Shown in pieces: positions 13,854 through 27,168 of a stretch of 64,000 nt of DNA. Under the pieces are notes generated by a model that did no database searches, was not told the origin of the DNA, and saw only the letters and a program-made list of their open reading frames with translations. Within the stretch, counting starts at the first letter, position 1, and the number at the start of each line of letters is the position of its first letter. Origin of the DNA: Eledone cirrhosa (Eukaryota). Both the position numbers and the translations under genes were made by a program. The stretch covers positions 117,056,001 through 117,120,000 of the forward strand of contig OZ024743.1 in the NCBI GenBank assembly GCA_964016885.1. Reading direction: 5' to 3'.

Positions 13854-13925
<72 letters not shown>

Positions 13926-13931
<6 letters not shown>

Positions 13932-14273
13932 GTGAGGGTTTTTTTACAAAATGAAAAATAACCGAGGTGTCCTACACGAGTGAAAGTATAAAGAAAAAGA
14001 GATGAAATCGAAAATGCAACTGGAGTCTTATTTTTTAAAAAAATAGATATATTTATTTGGTCCCTTTACCGGTTTCGCAGTTCTGCTTTTCAAAAGGTGA
14101 GTTGAGATGGAGGGTCTGTGGTTTTTCTCACAGATGTGAGAAAAACCACAGACCCTCCATCTCAACTCACCTTTTGAAAAGCAGAACTGCGAAACCGGTA
14201 AAGGAACCAAATAGATATATCTATTTTTTTTTTAAATAAGACTCCAGTTGCATTTTCGATTTCATCTCTTTTT

Positions 14274-14280
<7 letters not shown>
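13926..14280. mobile_element. Long hairpin (inverted pLTR pair) carrying HHRs on both strands
   Basis: Arms 13987-14132 / 14135-14280 (~146 bp, few mismatches), 60-bp tail on the left, (TA)n flanks. Confidence 0.9.
14170..14204 (+). ncRNA. Minimal type I hammerhead, U3-A8 variant (mirror copy 14063-14097 on minus)
   Basis: cctt-TTGAAAA-gcag aa ctgc-GAAA-ccgg-TA-aagg. Confidence 0.7.
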
Positions 14281-14319
<39 letters not shown>

Positions 14320-14325
<6 letters not shown>

Positions 14326-15125
14326 GAAAGGTATAGAAATTGTTTTAGCGAGAAGCTAACAGTATTCTATAATATATATATATGCGACTATGTCGTCAAG
14401 ATGGGAAAGATAGTTAACGTAAGATGTAGAAAAAATAATTCAAACTCATCTCAAAAGAGAATCAGGATACAAATTCATCCACAGAATTTATTGAAATCCA
14501 GGGAAAAATCAATAGACCCTTAACTCATGATAAAATAAAGTTTAAAACACTTATCCTTCAATTTGGAAAAACATCAAATGCTCTGTATAGTCTTAAAGCC
14601 TATTTCATGAAAACTTTCAGTGGAGATGGTCACGGTTGGATTTCAATCGTCAGCAGAGCTCAACAGATAACCAGGGCTACCACAGAATTATAAGCCAAAA
14701 AGGGAATTCTAAAACCGGCTAGTTCAACATCATGCGTGATTATGAAAAACGCACATGAGGAAAAACGGGGCTAGTGACGTCAGAATGAAAATGAATGTTT
14801 GTTTACAAGAAATAACAGTCAAATACATTCCGAAAAAAAAACTCTACAAAAGGAGTTCAGCAAACAGCAATATTATCGCAGTTTTTATTAAAAAAACCGG
14901 GATTAGTCACAGATAATTTAAGCACTCAAGGAAAAGAATCCGAGCAAAAGTATAAATGAAAGGTATAGAAATTGTTTTAGCGAGAAGCTAACAGTATTCT
15001 ATAATATATATGCGACTATGTCGTCAAGATGGGAAAGATAGTTAACGTAAGATGTAGGAAAAATAATTCAAACTCATCTCAAAAGAGAATCAGGATACAA
15101 ATTCATCCACAGAATTTAGTGAAAT

Positions 15126-15128
<3 letters not shown>
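14320..15128 (-). mobile_element. Non-coding retrozyme-like partial tandem (~632-bp unit)
   Basis: ~178-bp direct repeats 14320-14499 and 14952-15128, one HHR between them, (TA)n flanks. Confidence 0.75.
14580..14659 (-). ncRNA. Type I hammerhead ribozyme
   Basis: gctctg-CTGACGA-ttgaaa..tttcat-GAAA-tag..cta-TA-cagagc (stem I 6 bp, stem III 4 bp). Confidence 0.8.
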
Positions 15129-15187
<59 letters not shown>

Positions 15188-15217
15188 GTATATATAAACA
15201 TATATATACATATATAT

Positions 15218-15302
<85 letters not shown>

Positions 15303-15370
15303 GGAAAACAGAGAGGCAGTACAAAGAAAAGTTTATTAGGTTCACGCTCTTGAGATTGGGGGTGGGGGAA

Positions 15371-15400
15371 CGACGTTTCGGGCATAAGCCCTTCATCCGG
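15371..15400 (-). ncRNA. Decayed Penelope-type minimal hammerhead
   Basis: CGGATGA-a-gggc ttat gccc-GAAA-cg-TC; stem I eroded; next to (TA)n. Confidence 0.55.
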
Positions 15401-16013
15401 AGAAAAGTGGGTAGGAAGAGAGTTCCGAGGGTGTGTGGGGGAGTGGTGGAAAGACATTTAGAAAAAAGGTGGGGAGGGAAAAGGGAGGAACAACGGTGGA
15501 TGGGGTACAAATTAAAATTAAAATAAACATAAAGATAAACAAGTGTTGGAAGGGTGTGGGGCGTGTAGGGGTGGTGGCAGATGGAGTTGGGAGAGGGAGG
15601 TGGAGGGTCTGAGCGGGGAGGGCTGAAGGCGGTGTTTGTGTATGTGTGTAGGTGTACGTGTGTGTGTGTGTGTGCGTGTGTATGTGAATATGAGAGTTGG
15701 GGGAAGAACGAGGTTCCATGTTCAGGAAAAGGTGTGTGTAGGTCGGTGTGTGCGTGCGTGCGGATGGAGAGGGGTCAGAGGGGTGGGGAAGGGGGTCGTG
15801 TGGATTCCGGAGGTTGAGTGTGTATATGTGGTTGTACACACGTGTGTGTTGGTGTTTATACGTGGTGTGGATGTAGGTGGCGTGATTCGAAAAAAATGTG
15901 AGTGTATGTCCGTGGGTAAGTTCTTAAGGTAGTTCCGTTCAGTGTGCGACGAGAAGCTGGATATTTTTCATGTTATGGAGTGGATAGCTGATACGATGAC
16001 CGGTGGTGTGGAA

Positions 16014-19000
16014 TCCATTATATATATGCATTTCTACATTTTACAACCGATTTGCACCAAATTTCATACATAGGTTTCTGAAGTCCTATTACGCATCGCA
16101 GGCTATTTTATTTTGGCAGGTAGCCTCCTTAAGCCTCTCCCTTCGACTTATCTATTGAAGTTCACATTAACACTATATTAGTACCTGATAACGTTTGAAG
16201 TTTACATTCGATCTCCGTTTTCACTTTCAAAACAACAATCATCGTCGGATGAATTTTCAGAAATGTAAACATCTGATTCATTTGAAGATAAATCACTAAT
16301 ATTATCTTTTGTTTTTTGTTTATTTTGAATGTCGTCGTGTGTAAAAACTTGAAAGTCGGTATTGCTACTTTCATAAGCCATGTTGATACAAACAAAAAAT
16401 CTGTTCTACTTTCAACGTTAAAAAACACGTGTTGTTTTAAGTTTTTTCACTATATTAAGTGTTAATTTTCACGGTAAGTGCCTAATCTCGCAGTAATCTC
16501 GAATCAACGAGTTTTTGATGACGGTATTGTTTATTTTTAGAACGATATTTAAGTGTGTGTGTTAAGCCTGTTTTGGGCGGTTTGAACAAATGAAGTGGAA
16601 ATAATTTCGGCCGGTTTGAACACTAAAGGGTTAAAGGAGGTTTAGTTAATGTGTTTATGGTCATAAGGTCCCAGTTTATAATACTGTGATTTATCGGCCA
16701 TTTTTGCCTGTATCTTTTCAATGGTTAGTACTTACTTTGCGTTGCCCCTAACTTAAAACCTGAAATTTGACTGGTACACAAAATCTTGCCAAACATACCC
16801 ACTTTCTCAGACCACATAGATTTATCACATTTTTTCATAATTTATATCCGTTTTTTTGCTTACTTAAACGTTATTTGTCCACTATTTATCGTTCTCCCTG
16901 GTTAATTTTCTAAAAACAATGCCCCTCCCAAGAAAATAACTCTTATTGGCCGAATGATGCAAGTAGGTCTAAGCAAAGGCGTCTCGTCGAAGATGTAAAT
17001 GCAACTGCGATCAGGCTCTCACAGAATGCTGTGCAGACGGCAGCTGCAAGAGCGGAGGAGGATGACAGTCGGCGTGAACTTCGACGGACAAAAGTGTTGC
17101 CGCGACTGCTGCTGCTCGCGCACGAGAGGATGAAGGACGACGTGCCGTTCGACGTAGCAGGGACGCGGCTGCAACATTCGCTGCTTGCGCACAAGAGGAT
17201 GAAGGACGACGCACCGTCCGACGAAGCAGGGACGCCACTGCCACTGCTGCTGCACGAAATACTGAAACCATAGAGCAACGACGTGGTCGACTTCTGCAAA
17301 GTGAACAGCGGCGCTCATCGTTACATGGCATTTCTAGGACTTGCAATTCACGATGGTTGTTGAAGGCCTTTAACTACGACCCCTCCTCCGACTACGCCGT
17401 CCATGCAGATATTCAAATTGGGGAAATGACCTCTACTTGCCAGTTTTGTCGTACCAAAAAGTGGCCAAGTGAGAGAGATGGAATGTGCTGTTCAAACGGT
17501 AAAGTTAAACTACCTCCTATTCACGACCCTCCAGAAACATTGCAACTCTTTTTGACAGACACGACGGAGAAATCATCGATGTTTCTGCGTAAAATCCACC
17601 GCTAAAATTCCGCGTTTCAGATGACATCCTTCGGAGCAAAGCTTGCCTTGGAACGTAGGTTCATGCCAACTTTCAAGGTCCAGGGGCAGATCTACCACTT
17701 GCTTGGTTCTATTCAGCCTCTGGCAGAAAAGGATCCTCAATTTCTTCAGTTATACTTCTTTGGAAACTATCAGGAGCAGGCAGAGATGCGAACCTCTATT
17801 TCTTCCGAAACTAACATTGGAACCATAATAGAACTTCAAGAAATGCTTCACGACAAAAACAGCTATGTTCGCAGTTAACGTTTACATGCAATCCCAAGTG
17901 GAAGGAAATTACAAACGAACTGTTCCACGGTCAAGCGCCAAGACACAGGCACAATCTCATAGCAAGAGTGTTTCGCCTGAAATTATCCAAATTAATGGAT
18001 TTATTAAAGAAAGGACAGGTCTTTGGGCTTGTCAGGTGCGACATGTACACGGTTGAATGGCAGAAATGAGGGCTGCCGCATGCCCATATCTTGATTTGGT
18101 TGGTTACAAAAATCAGTTCAAACTACATCGACAAATTCATTTCTGCCGAACTACCTGATCTGTCGATTGAAAAGGACCTCTTCTCTATAGTCACATCAAG
18201 CATCGTCCGTGGTTCTTGCGGACATGGACTCAATATGAAGTCCCCGTGCATACAAGACGGAAAGTGTACAAAACGATATCCCAGGCCGTTTTTACTGGAA
18301 ACACAGACTGGCGGTGGCGGATATCCGTTGTATAGGCGCAGGAGACCTGAAGACGGTGGATTCACAGCAAAAGTTGGTGAACGCGAAATCGACAGCAGCT
18401 GGTTAGTGCCATATTGCCCTCTCCTTTTGAAAGCGTTCAACGCCCTTATAAACGTCGAATTTTGCAACCCAGTAAAATGAATTAAATACGTTTGTAAGTA
18501 CGTAAACAAGGGATCGGATGCTGCAGTCTTTGGTCTTCGTCATGAAAACAGTAGAGACGAGGTATCTGACTACCAAGCAGGCCGATACATTAGCAGCAAC
18601 GAAGTCTTTTGGCGCGTTTTTAGCTTCCCACTGCACCAACGACACCCCGTCATTAAACAACTTGCCGTTCACCTTGAAAACGGTCAACGGGTGTATTTCA
18701 ATGATGCAACAGCTGCTCAGCTAGCGATCTCACCAAAGGAAACTACATTCACCGCTTTTTTCAAACTTTGTCAACACGACGACTTCCCCCGAACTTTGCT
18801 GTATTCTGAAATACCGTCTTACTATACATGGAACCGGACAAAATGGCCACGAAGGAAGGTAGGACAAGAGGTGGTTGGACATCCAGGCATCAAATTCGAC
18901 AATTGCCTTGCGCGAGTTTATACGGTCCACCCTACCGAACAGGAATGCTTCTGTCTGCGACTTTTGCTTCATGAGGTAAGAGGGCCGACAAGCTTCATTC

Positions 19001-21601
19001 ATCTGAGAAAAGTCGATGGATACGCCTGCGGAACGTACAGGGTAGCATGCATGAGGCGTGGACTTTTAGAAGATGACGCACAATGGAATGCAACCTTGAC
19101 GGAAGCTGCCATCTCCCAATCATCCCGTAGTCTAAGAGCACTTTTTGCTATTCTCTTGCACGTCTGTGAATTGAGCGATCCTCACTTTTTATGGCAAAAG
19201 TTTAAAGATGATTTCGCAGACGAATATAAGCGTCTCGCTCAATTGAAATCTCAAAACTTAGATGTCGGCTTTTCAGACGCTATATATAACAGAGCTCTGA
19301 TCGATATGGAAGACAGAGTGGCTTCAATGGGCGGAGGTGTCTTGGAGAAATATGGCCTTCCGCAAACAGTTGGAGATGCGCCATCTGACATTCCCAACGA
19401 CATTATACGTGAAACGTCATATGATGTCGACGAACTCAAAAGGTATGTTGAAGAAAATGAACCAAAACTTCTAATGGATCAAAAACAAGCCTACAACATT
19501 GTCGTTGATTCTATCCGTAATCGGGGAGGGGGTATATTCTTCCTGGATGCACAGACAAAACATTTGTAATCAAACTTTTACTCAATGCAGTGAGGCAACA
19601 CGGAAACATCGCATTGGCCGTGGCTTCTTCCGGCATTGCAGCAACTTTGCTGCCTGGTCGCAGGATGGCCCATTCTGCTTTCAGTCTTTCTCTCAACGTG
19701 GCATCAGCTGAGACACCCACGTGCAAAATCAGCAAGTCTTCCGGAAAAGCGCTGGTGTTAAAGCGCTGCCTATTAATTGTTTGGGACGAATGCACAATGA
19801 CCCATATGGCGGCTTTCGAGGCATTAGACCGGACACTCAGATACATCAGGGACTGTGAAGAACCAATGGGAGGTGTCACTTTCCTGTTATCTGGGGATTT
19901 CCGACAGACACTGCTTGTAATCCCAAAAGGTACGCGGGCTGATGAGGTTGGTGCATGCCTTAAGTCCTCCCCACTTTGGCGTTATGTAAGAAAGCTGACG
20001 CTTACAACAAACATGAGAGCACAACTGCAAGGTGATGAGACATCAGCGGGTTTTGCTGCTGTCATTTTGTTGTTGGGAGATGGCAAAGTCCCACTCGACG
20101 GAGATGGTACAGTGGACCTCATAGGGATTTTCAGATGCGTTAAGTCAATTGCTGAGTTACGGACGTCTGCTTTTCTTAATCTTGAGGAGAACTACACAAA
20201 TCAAGAGTGGTTGTGTGAGCGCGCAATATTGGCTTCGAAAAACCACATAGTTGGAAGCATCAATGAACAGCTCATGCTGTGCTTGCCTGGAAACCTGCAC
20301 ATCTACAAGTCCCTTGACTCTATGGCTGATCCGAACGAAGTTGTTAATTACCCCACATAATTTCTTAACTCCCTAGACCCTCCCTGATTGCCACCACACT
20401 TACTGCGACTTAAGAAAGGTGCCCTGTCATGCTCCACAGAAATTTGGAACGCCGAAGGCTTTCCAACGGCACGCGTCTGGTCATCCAAAAGGCGATGTCT
20501 CATGTTATTGAGGCAACAATACTTTCAGGATGTGGTAAGGGGGATACTGTCTTCATACCAAGGATACCTCTCATTCCATCCGGTAAAGACATTCCTTTCA
20601 CATTCAGAAGGCTGCAATTCGCTCTCCGACTCAGTTTCGCCATGTCGATTAACAAATCACAGGGTCAGACGCTGACGGTTGTAGGGCTTAATTTAGAAGA
20701 ACCGTGCTTCTCCCATGGTCAACTATATGTTGGCTGCTCTCGAGTGGGGAGCCGACATAACATATTTGCTTTTGCAGCTCACGAGAAAACCCAAAATATA
20801 GTCTATAAGGAGTTGTGTAGGCACCCCATCTGCCAACAGGTAATGGCTGTTTTTTTGTTTTTTTTTTGTTGTATAAGTGCTTACATTTGCTGTATCCGTG
20901 TGCTATTTTTGGCCTTTTGAAAATACCACGTACACCTCTGAGGTTGCTTTTGCTATACGTTATAAATGTTTAATGTCTCCATTTTCCGCATTTATATGTT
21001 GCTATTACGCTTTGCTATCGATGTTCCGTAGTTTTAACCTAATTAATCTACTTTTCCCTACATCTTATTTACACATCATTTTGACATTCCAGCGTGATCT
21101 TGCCAAGGCCGTTTTTGTGGCCACTGACTGTTACATGCTTCTCTAGGTTACAATCTCAAATAACAAGCAAAGCAAATTCGACACACCAAAGTGGTGTGAA
21201 GGACTTCTTAAGAGCCACCACCTCTAATCGGAGTCGTCTTTGCTGACAGGTCTGCCGCTGAGACTTTTTAAGAGTGAACGATCCAAGGCCTCTTCAGGGC
21301 CACCAAGTTTAAATTGTTACCATTAGATTCATCTTTGCTGGCAGCACAGCCGCTGAGATATTTCAAAGTGAACGTTAAAAGTTCCTCTTCAGGGCCACCA
21401 ACTTTAAATTGTTACCATCGGATTCGTCTTTGCTGGCAGCACCGCCGCAGAGATATTTCAAAGTGAACGTTCAAAGGCCATCTTTTGGGCCAGCACCTAT
21501 AAATTGTTACTTCTATAGTCGTGTTTAACGGAAGTCTTTCGGTTCATTTGAACGACTACTCCTTTGAGAGTTATACCGTGCAACGCCGGGTACCTCTGCT
21601 A

Positions 21602-21602
<1 letters not shown>
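16014..21602 (+). mobile_element. Helitron (formerly autonomous, decayed)
   Basis: Probable A|TC start at 16014; 3' ccgtgcaacgccggg..CTAG|T; encloses RepHel; ~90-bp subterminal tandem repeats 21190-21540. Confidence 0.92.
16919..20820 (+). pseudogene. Helitron Rep-PIF1 helicase (RepHel) pseudogene
   Basis: Zn-finger CQFC..CCSNGKV; TFTCNP; VEWQK*GLPHAHILIW (HUH); YVCKYVNKG; VASSGIAATLL; IVWDECTM; GDFRQ; MSINKSQGQT; HGQLYVGCSRV; many stops and frameshifts, Walker A deleted. Confidence 0.95.
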
Positions 21603-21664
<62 letters not shown>

Positions 21665-22169
21665 CACTTATATATTAGGTATATGCATGCATAAGCATGA
21701 CTGCAACCCATACAAGACAAATAATAGTATTACACACATAACACAATAATACAATGAATATGTGGTTGTATATTTCATGTATGTGCGTGTGTGTGTGGAG
21801 TCTTTCTGATTAAAAGCGTTTCTGTGTCTGTGTGACAAGCATCGAAAGGTACTCGGTGAGCCGAGACAGAGATATGAGCTCGTTTGTTGGTTACAAAAAT
21901 ATCACTTCGATTACATTCATTCACTGATTAGAAAAAGACACGAGTGACCCACTGCCCACTCAACAAAATAAATTTCATCATACTTTACAGAGAGCGAAAA
22001 AAAAGAAGCAAAAGAGGAACTTAAAGAAGACAAATAGCAAACCAAGAGAACCCTACATGTAAATACATACATATATACTCATGGACACCTCCATAGACAC
22101 ATATCCACACACAGATACAAACATACACACACACACATATTTACATATGTATGTGTGTATATATACATA

Positions 22170-22257
<88 letters not shown>

Positions 22258-22367
22258 TTACATAAGTATATTTATATATTTGTGTGTATGTATGTATGTA
22301 TATATATATATATGTGCATGTGTGCGTGCGTGTGTGCGTGTGTATGTATATATAGATATATATATAT

Positions 22368-23850
22368 CTTTTTCGCTCACTTATTCCTGAGAGGCTCGTA
22401 GGGTCTGAGTTCTCAAACTCTTCTCCCAGTGGGACCTGTCAGAAGCAACCATTTCCAACTAATCTGACTGGATAGCCAAGCGAGACTAGCAGGACTCATG
22501 GATGTTATCCAAACATCCTGCTCGAGTTCTGTATCTGTGTCTCCTGCGGGGTGGTGTTGGTTGTGATATCTGTTCAGCGATTCTTTCCTCGACATTCTAA
22601 CCACATACAATAGTACCGAAGCTGTGATGACTCAATTCAGAGAAATATCGGCTTTACCTGGAGTGACACTCTGTTCTCCGAGCTACGCACTCTATCGAAT
22701 AAGTTTACTCCAAAGATCATTCAGAACCCATTTCGTTCGCTTGTATTTGCATTCGTATGTTTCCGGTCATTCTCCAAGATTCATGACCATAGATACGGGG
22801 TGATATGACTACTGCATTGAAGATAGTGAGTTTGTCTTTTACACTTGCTTCCATTCTTTTGAGTACCGAATTCTGAAGCTATTGCATTAATGCGTCAACC
22901 CTACAATTTGTGCACTTAATACTATCTCCTTCCGGTCATCACTCCTGAACACAGCTCCAAGATATTGAGCTTCTCCATTCACATGTAGAGTGCATTCCTT
23001 GAGAAGACGAGTTTTGCGGCACTGATTTTCATTTCAGCCACGCAGAACTCGGTAGCACACTTATTAATTGCAAGCCGGAGATCAGCTACTGTCGAGTAAA
23101 GTAATTTCAAGTCGATTGTAAATTCCAGCCCACTGATTCTACACCTGCCATTCGTGATACGACTTCCATCCCGTCTCCACATGTTAATCCTGTTTATGAA
23201 CAGTAGAGGTGAGAGTACATACCGACTCCCACGTTGAATGGTGTCGATTTAATACCATTCATCCGAACGCAAATACTCGAAGATTTGTATAGAGACATCT
23301 GGGCATGAAAATGCTGAACATTGATCACCTACTTCTGCAGAACTCTCCACAGCAGGTTTCATACAACGCGAGCATTTTCGAGATCAACAAAACAAGAATA
23401 CACCTATTGGCAATTCTCCTACGGTTTCTCAAAGATCTGCCTCAATTTGAATAATTGGTTGGTGTACTGCATCCGGAACAAACACCAAATTGTTATCCAG
23501 CTAGCTTGATCTCGATAATCTTCATACATCTCTTTGCCAGACCCTTGGCATAGACTTTACCGGAGAAGCTTAAGAAGGAGATCCCTCTATATTTGGAACA
23601 ATCTCTCCTGTCTCCCTTTATGAAATTTGAATTATCCCTCCAGATTTTCCATTGCTTTGTTGCATTTCAAGATATCCAGGCTAGACGGTCAGTCAGATAA
23701 TACCATCTCTATTTAAGGTTTTAATATTTCAGGACGAACTTCAACGTCGCCAATGGCCTTGCCAGATTTCAGCACTTTAATTGCTCTTGTAACTTCAGCC
23801 TCCGAGAATTGGGTTTAGGAGATCAGCAAAGTATTCTCTCCACCTCGCGT
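22368..23850 (-). mobile_element. RTE-clade LINE fragment (RT plus C-terminus)
   Basis: Decayed RT motifs (FVDLENARVV, VLSPLLFINR) and 3' end homologous to 7720-7985. Confidence 0.85.
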
Positions 23851-23864
23851 GGAAACACCTCTCT

Positions 23865-23895
<31 letters not shown>

Positions 23896-24722
23896 AAGAA
23901 GAAGAAGAAAACGACGACGACGAGTTGCAGTAAGATTTAAGTGTCAGCTTGATCCATTCATATAGATGAGGATATATATCAGTACTTGCTCGTGACTGTA
24001 TCTATGTCTGAGTATGACACAGAGGTGTTATATTTTTAAATCACACACTTTAAGGAATCTCACGAAAAGTTATCATGTGTTAATTCATTTGTGTGAAAAG
24101 AAAGAAAATTGTACGCATTCAGCAGCTAGGGAATTCCGGGTACAAATTCTAGTAAACATACACACACACACACATGCACACACACATACACACACACACA
24201 CACACATATATAAACACACACATATATATTCATATATACGGAGGGCGATGTTTGTGTGTGTGTATATATATATATATATGCATAAACCCACACATACACC
24301 CCCATATTCACACAAATAAAATGACATGGGCACTCGCGCATAGACATCAGTCGTGTGCTCAGTCAGTATGAACATGTATATACATTTTAATGGTTGACAC
24401 TTCCTCCCATAGCCAGTTAGGTAGGAAGGGACACGGTTGTTTGATTGATATGCATGCACTACTGCACAAAATTTCAGAATCCTTTAACGTACGCAAATAA
24501 GTATGGAGTCCATGCAATATTACACACACACAAACTTACACACGTACACTCTCACACACACACATACACACACATATATATATATGCATATTATTTATAT
24601 ATATATACATATATATATGCGCGCGCACGTGTGTCTGTGTGAGTGTCTATGTATATATATATATATAAAATTACAAGATATGACTAAATAATAGACAAAA
24701 ATATACCTATATTTTCTTCAAA

Positions 24723-24815
24723 GTCCCGACTGCAGTTTCACCGATCCGCGTGCAATAACATCTGCAGTATAAAAGTGCAGCATCGCTGTGAGGTTGAGAT
24801 GGCTTATCAAGAGAC
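24723..24815 (-). ncRNA. Type I hammerhead, U3-A8 variant, long stem II
   Basis: gtctc-TTGATAA-gccatc..gatcggt-GAAA-ctgcag-TC-gggac; decayed relative at 55489-55578. Confidence 0.75.
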
Positions 24816-25005
24816 CTTCAGAAAAGGACTGTTTCTTTCGTAGCAAGTGAGAATTTCTCGAGTGGCGGCGAGAGAGATAAACGAATGATACAGTGGTGTA
24901 GTAAAGTGGACAGTGAGCGAATAACGTATTTGCTAGAAAAAGCAGATAATACACTCCCGGTTAGCTCGACCACAGGGGAGTTTGGGACAATATAATAATT
25001 GTTTC

Positions 25006-25113
25006 TACTTTTGGCACAAGGCCAGCAAATACTCAGTATATTACTGGTACTTTATTTTATCGACCCCGTAAGGATGAAAGGCAAAGTTAACCCCCGGCGT
25101 GATTTGAACTCAG
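25006..25113 (-). mobile_element. SINE fragment (family of 2346-2531)
   Basis: Sequence identity to the family core. Confidence 0.85.
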
Positions 25114-25116
25114 ATC

Positions 25117-25445
25117 AAACCCCTCGTCTGGGATGCCACTCTCAGCGACACATTCTCCAGCAGCAACCTGTTGCAGTCCGGAATAACCCAGGTTCTGCTG
25201 CACATCGGGCTGAGGAGGGTACACTCTCCAAGTACCGGTCGCTCTCCGACAGGTTTGCAGTCGAGCCCCTAGCAGTGGAAACTTCTGGTATCCTTGACCC
25301 TAGGGCTACCTCCGTACTTACCACCATAGGCGCTGTCCTGGCGATTCGCGGGTGTGAGCTTTGCGAGAGGAAATGGCTCTTTCAGCTCATCCCCCTTACC
25401 ATCCTCCGGGGAAACACCTTCTCCATTTTTTGGGCACTTGGGACC
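25117..25445 (+). mobile_element. CRE-like non-LTR retrotransposon RLE C-terminal fragment
   Basis: WDATLSDTF..GSAAHRAEE..SKYRSL..EPLAVETSG..WLFQ..ILRGN. Confidence 0.75.
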
Positions 25446-25632
25446 GCATTTGCTCATAATAGTGAGAGATGGGGAGGGCGAGAGAGAAAATAGTAGTAAT
25501 CAGATTTAGTTAGGGCAAATCAAAATCTATGTCAACATGAAATGGATTTTGATTCGACAAGTGAATCACTTAATATAGTGTTTCCCCGATGATCAACCGT
25601 GAACGTAATTCCAGAAGTGTTTATACATAATA

Positions 25633-26028
25633 TACGTGGGTAATTCCAAAAATAAGATCTCCAAAGCGATGGGGACGCAGAGAAACTGTTCGTACGGCTG
25701 TTGGCAACACCGTTGTGATTGGTGCTTTCTTCACTCCCAAACAAGCATGCGCGCGTTTCGCTGGGACGCTCAATCTTGGCTTGGCAGCCGTTGAGAATGG
25801 AGCTCCCGTTGAACGTTACCGCCAAGTGCGAATTTCTCGCAGTTATTATATAGAGGACAATCCCCAAAATAAGGTATCCTTCCGAGGAAAACATGCATAA
25901 AGATCGGGGATCACTCTGGATGCTCTCTGCATTTTGGTTCCTGAGGTTTCCCGAAGCACCATCCACAGGATTTTAACGGAAAAGTTGCAATATCAGAAGG
26001 AGGCCTTACTTTTAGGATTGCCCTCGTA
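25633..26028 (+). mobile_element. Internally deleted mariner element
   Basis: TIRs TAcgtgggtaattccaaaaataagatctcc / ggaggccttacttttaggattgccctcgTA; HTH remnant ITLDALCILVPEVSRSTIHRILTEKL. Confidence 0.85.
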
Positions 26029-26397
26029 ATAAGTAACATGAATATAACAACTTCACAGTTCAGGGACGAAAGTTTATTACCTAACTGACACGAGTTTCAC
26101 CAATTAACAGGTAAATAAAATATAGAAATGCTAGTCCAATGGGCTCAATCGGAAAATTCAATTTCCAATATTTTGCGACAGCACCGTATTAAATTGGCTG
26201 CTCAGAATTTAACTATGTTTACATTTATGCCAAATATAAACATTGTTAGATTCTGAGTAGCAAAATAGTCAAAATTAAATTGTCCGATAGATCTAATCGG
26301 GCTAGCATTTCTAGATTTTGTTTATTGGTGAAACAGGTCACAATTGTGTAATAAAGGTAAGTCCTGAAGCTATGAAGTTATATTCACGTTACTTATT
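26029..26397 (+). mobile_element. Old inverted pLTR pair with decayed HHR (26278-26345)
   Basis: Degenerate arms 26029-26110 / 26318-26397; aattgt-CCGATAGA-tctaat..attggt-GAAA-cagg-TC-acaatt. Confidence 0.6.
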
Positions 26398-27005
26398 GTA
26401 TTATATCACACACACGAGCTCGCGCACACGCACACACATATATACATATATATATATACATATATATATTCATATATATATATATATATATACCCACACG
26501 TAGTCGTCTTCCTTACTCATTAACACAAGTGTACACTCTAACCGGTTGGATTTGAAATTCAATAATACGGACTCAAATAAATTATTGAATGAGTTTGCAA
26601 ACGACCGAAGTTCTGTCCATTGTATTAGATAAGCTGCGTCCCTTAATTATATATATATAGACATGCATGTGTGTTTGTTTGTATGTATATGTGTGTATAT
26701 ATAATTATATATACTAACTTTCGATGAATGACATCATCGTAGGGGCAATTTCTAAGGCTCAGATTTATAGTAGACTAGCTGAGGTACCCCGCAACAATAT
26801 GCCACATAACATTGCTTCTGGAGTGTTGAGCTTCGTTTGTACTGTCTGTAAGTATTATATGGATAAAAGCTGGAGGGTCCTCTATCAATGGAAGTCTGAC
26901 CTTTCCTCCTAAGTAACACATACCAAATGAAACAATCTAATAGAACATAATAGAACATTTTAATGTTCCCTTCATTAAAATTGAATCATCGGTTAGCGTC
27001 AATTT

Positions 27006-27168
27006 ATAATTGTTTCTACTTTAGGCACAAGGCCAGCAATTACCCAGTGCATTACTGATACTTTATTTTATCGACCCCGTAAGGATGAAAGGCAAAGTCA
27101 ACCTTGGCGGGATTTGAACTCAGATCGTAAAGGGACGTAACTATGCTGGAAAGCATGGCGTCCGACCC
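27006..27168 (-). mobile_element. SINE (family of 2346-2531)
   Basis: Sequence identity. Confidence 0.9.
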
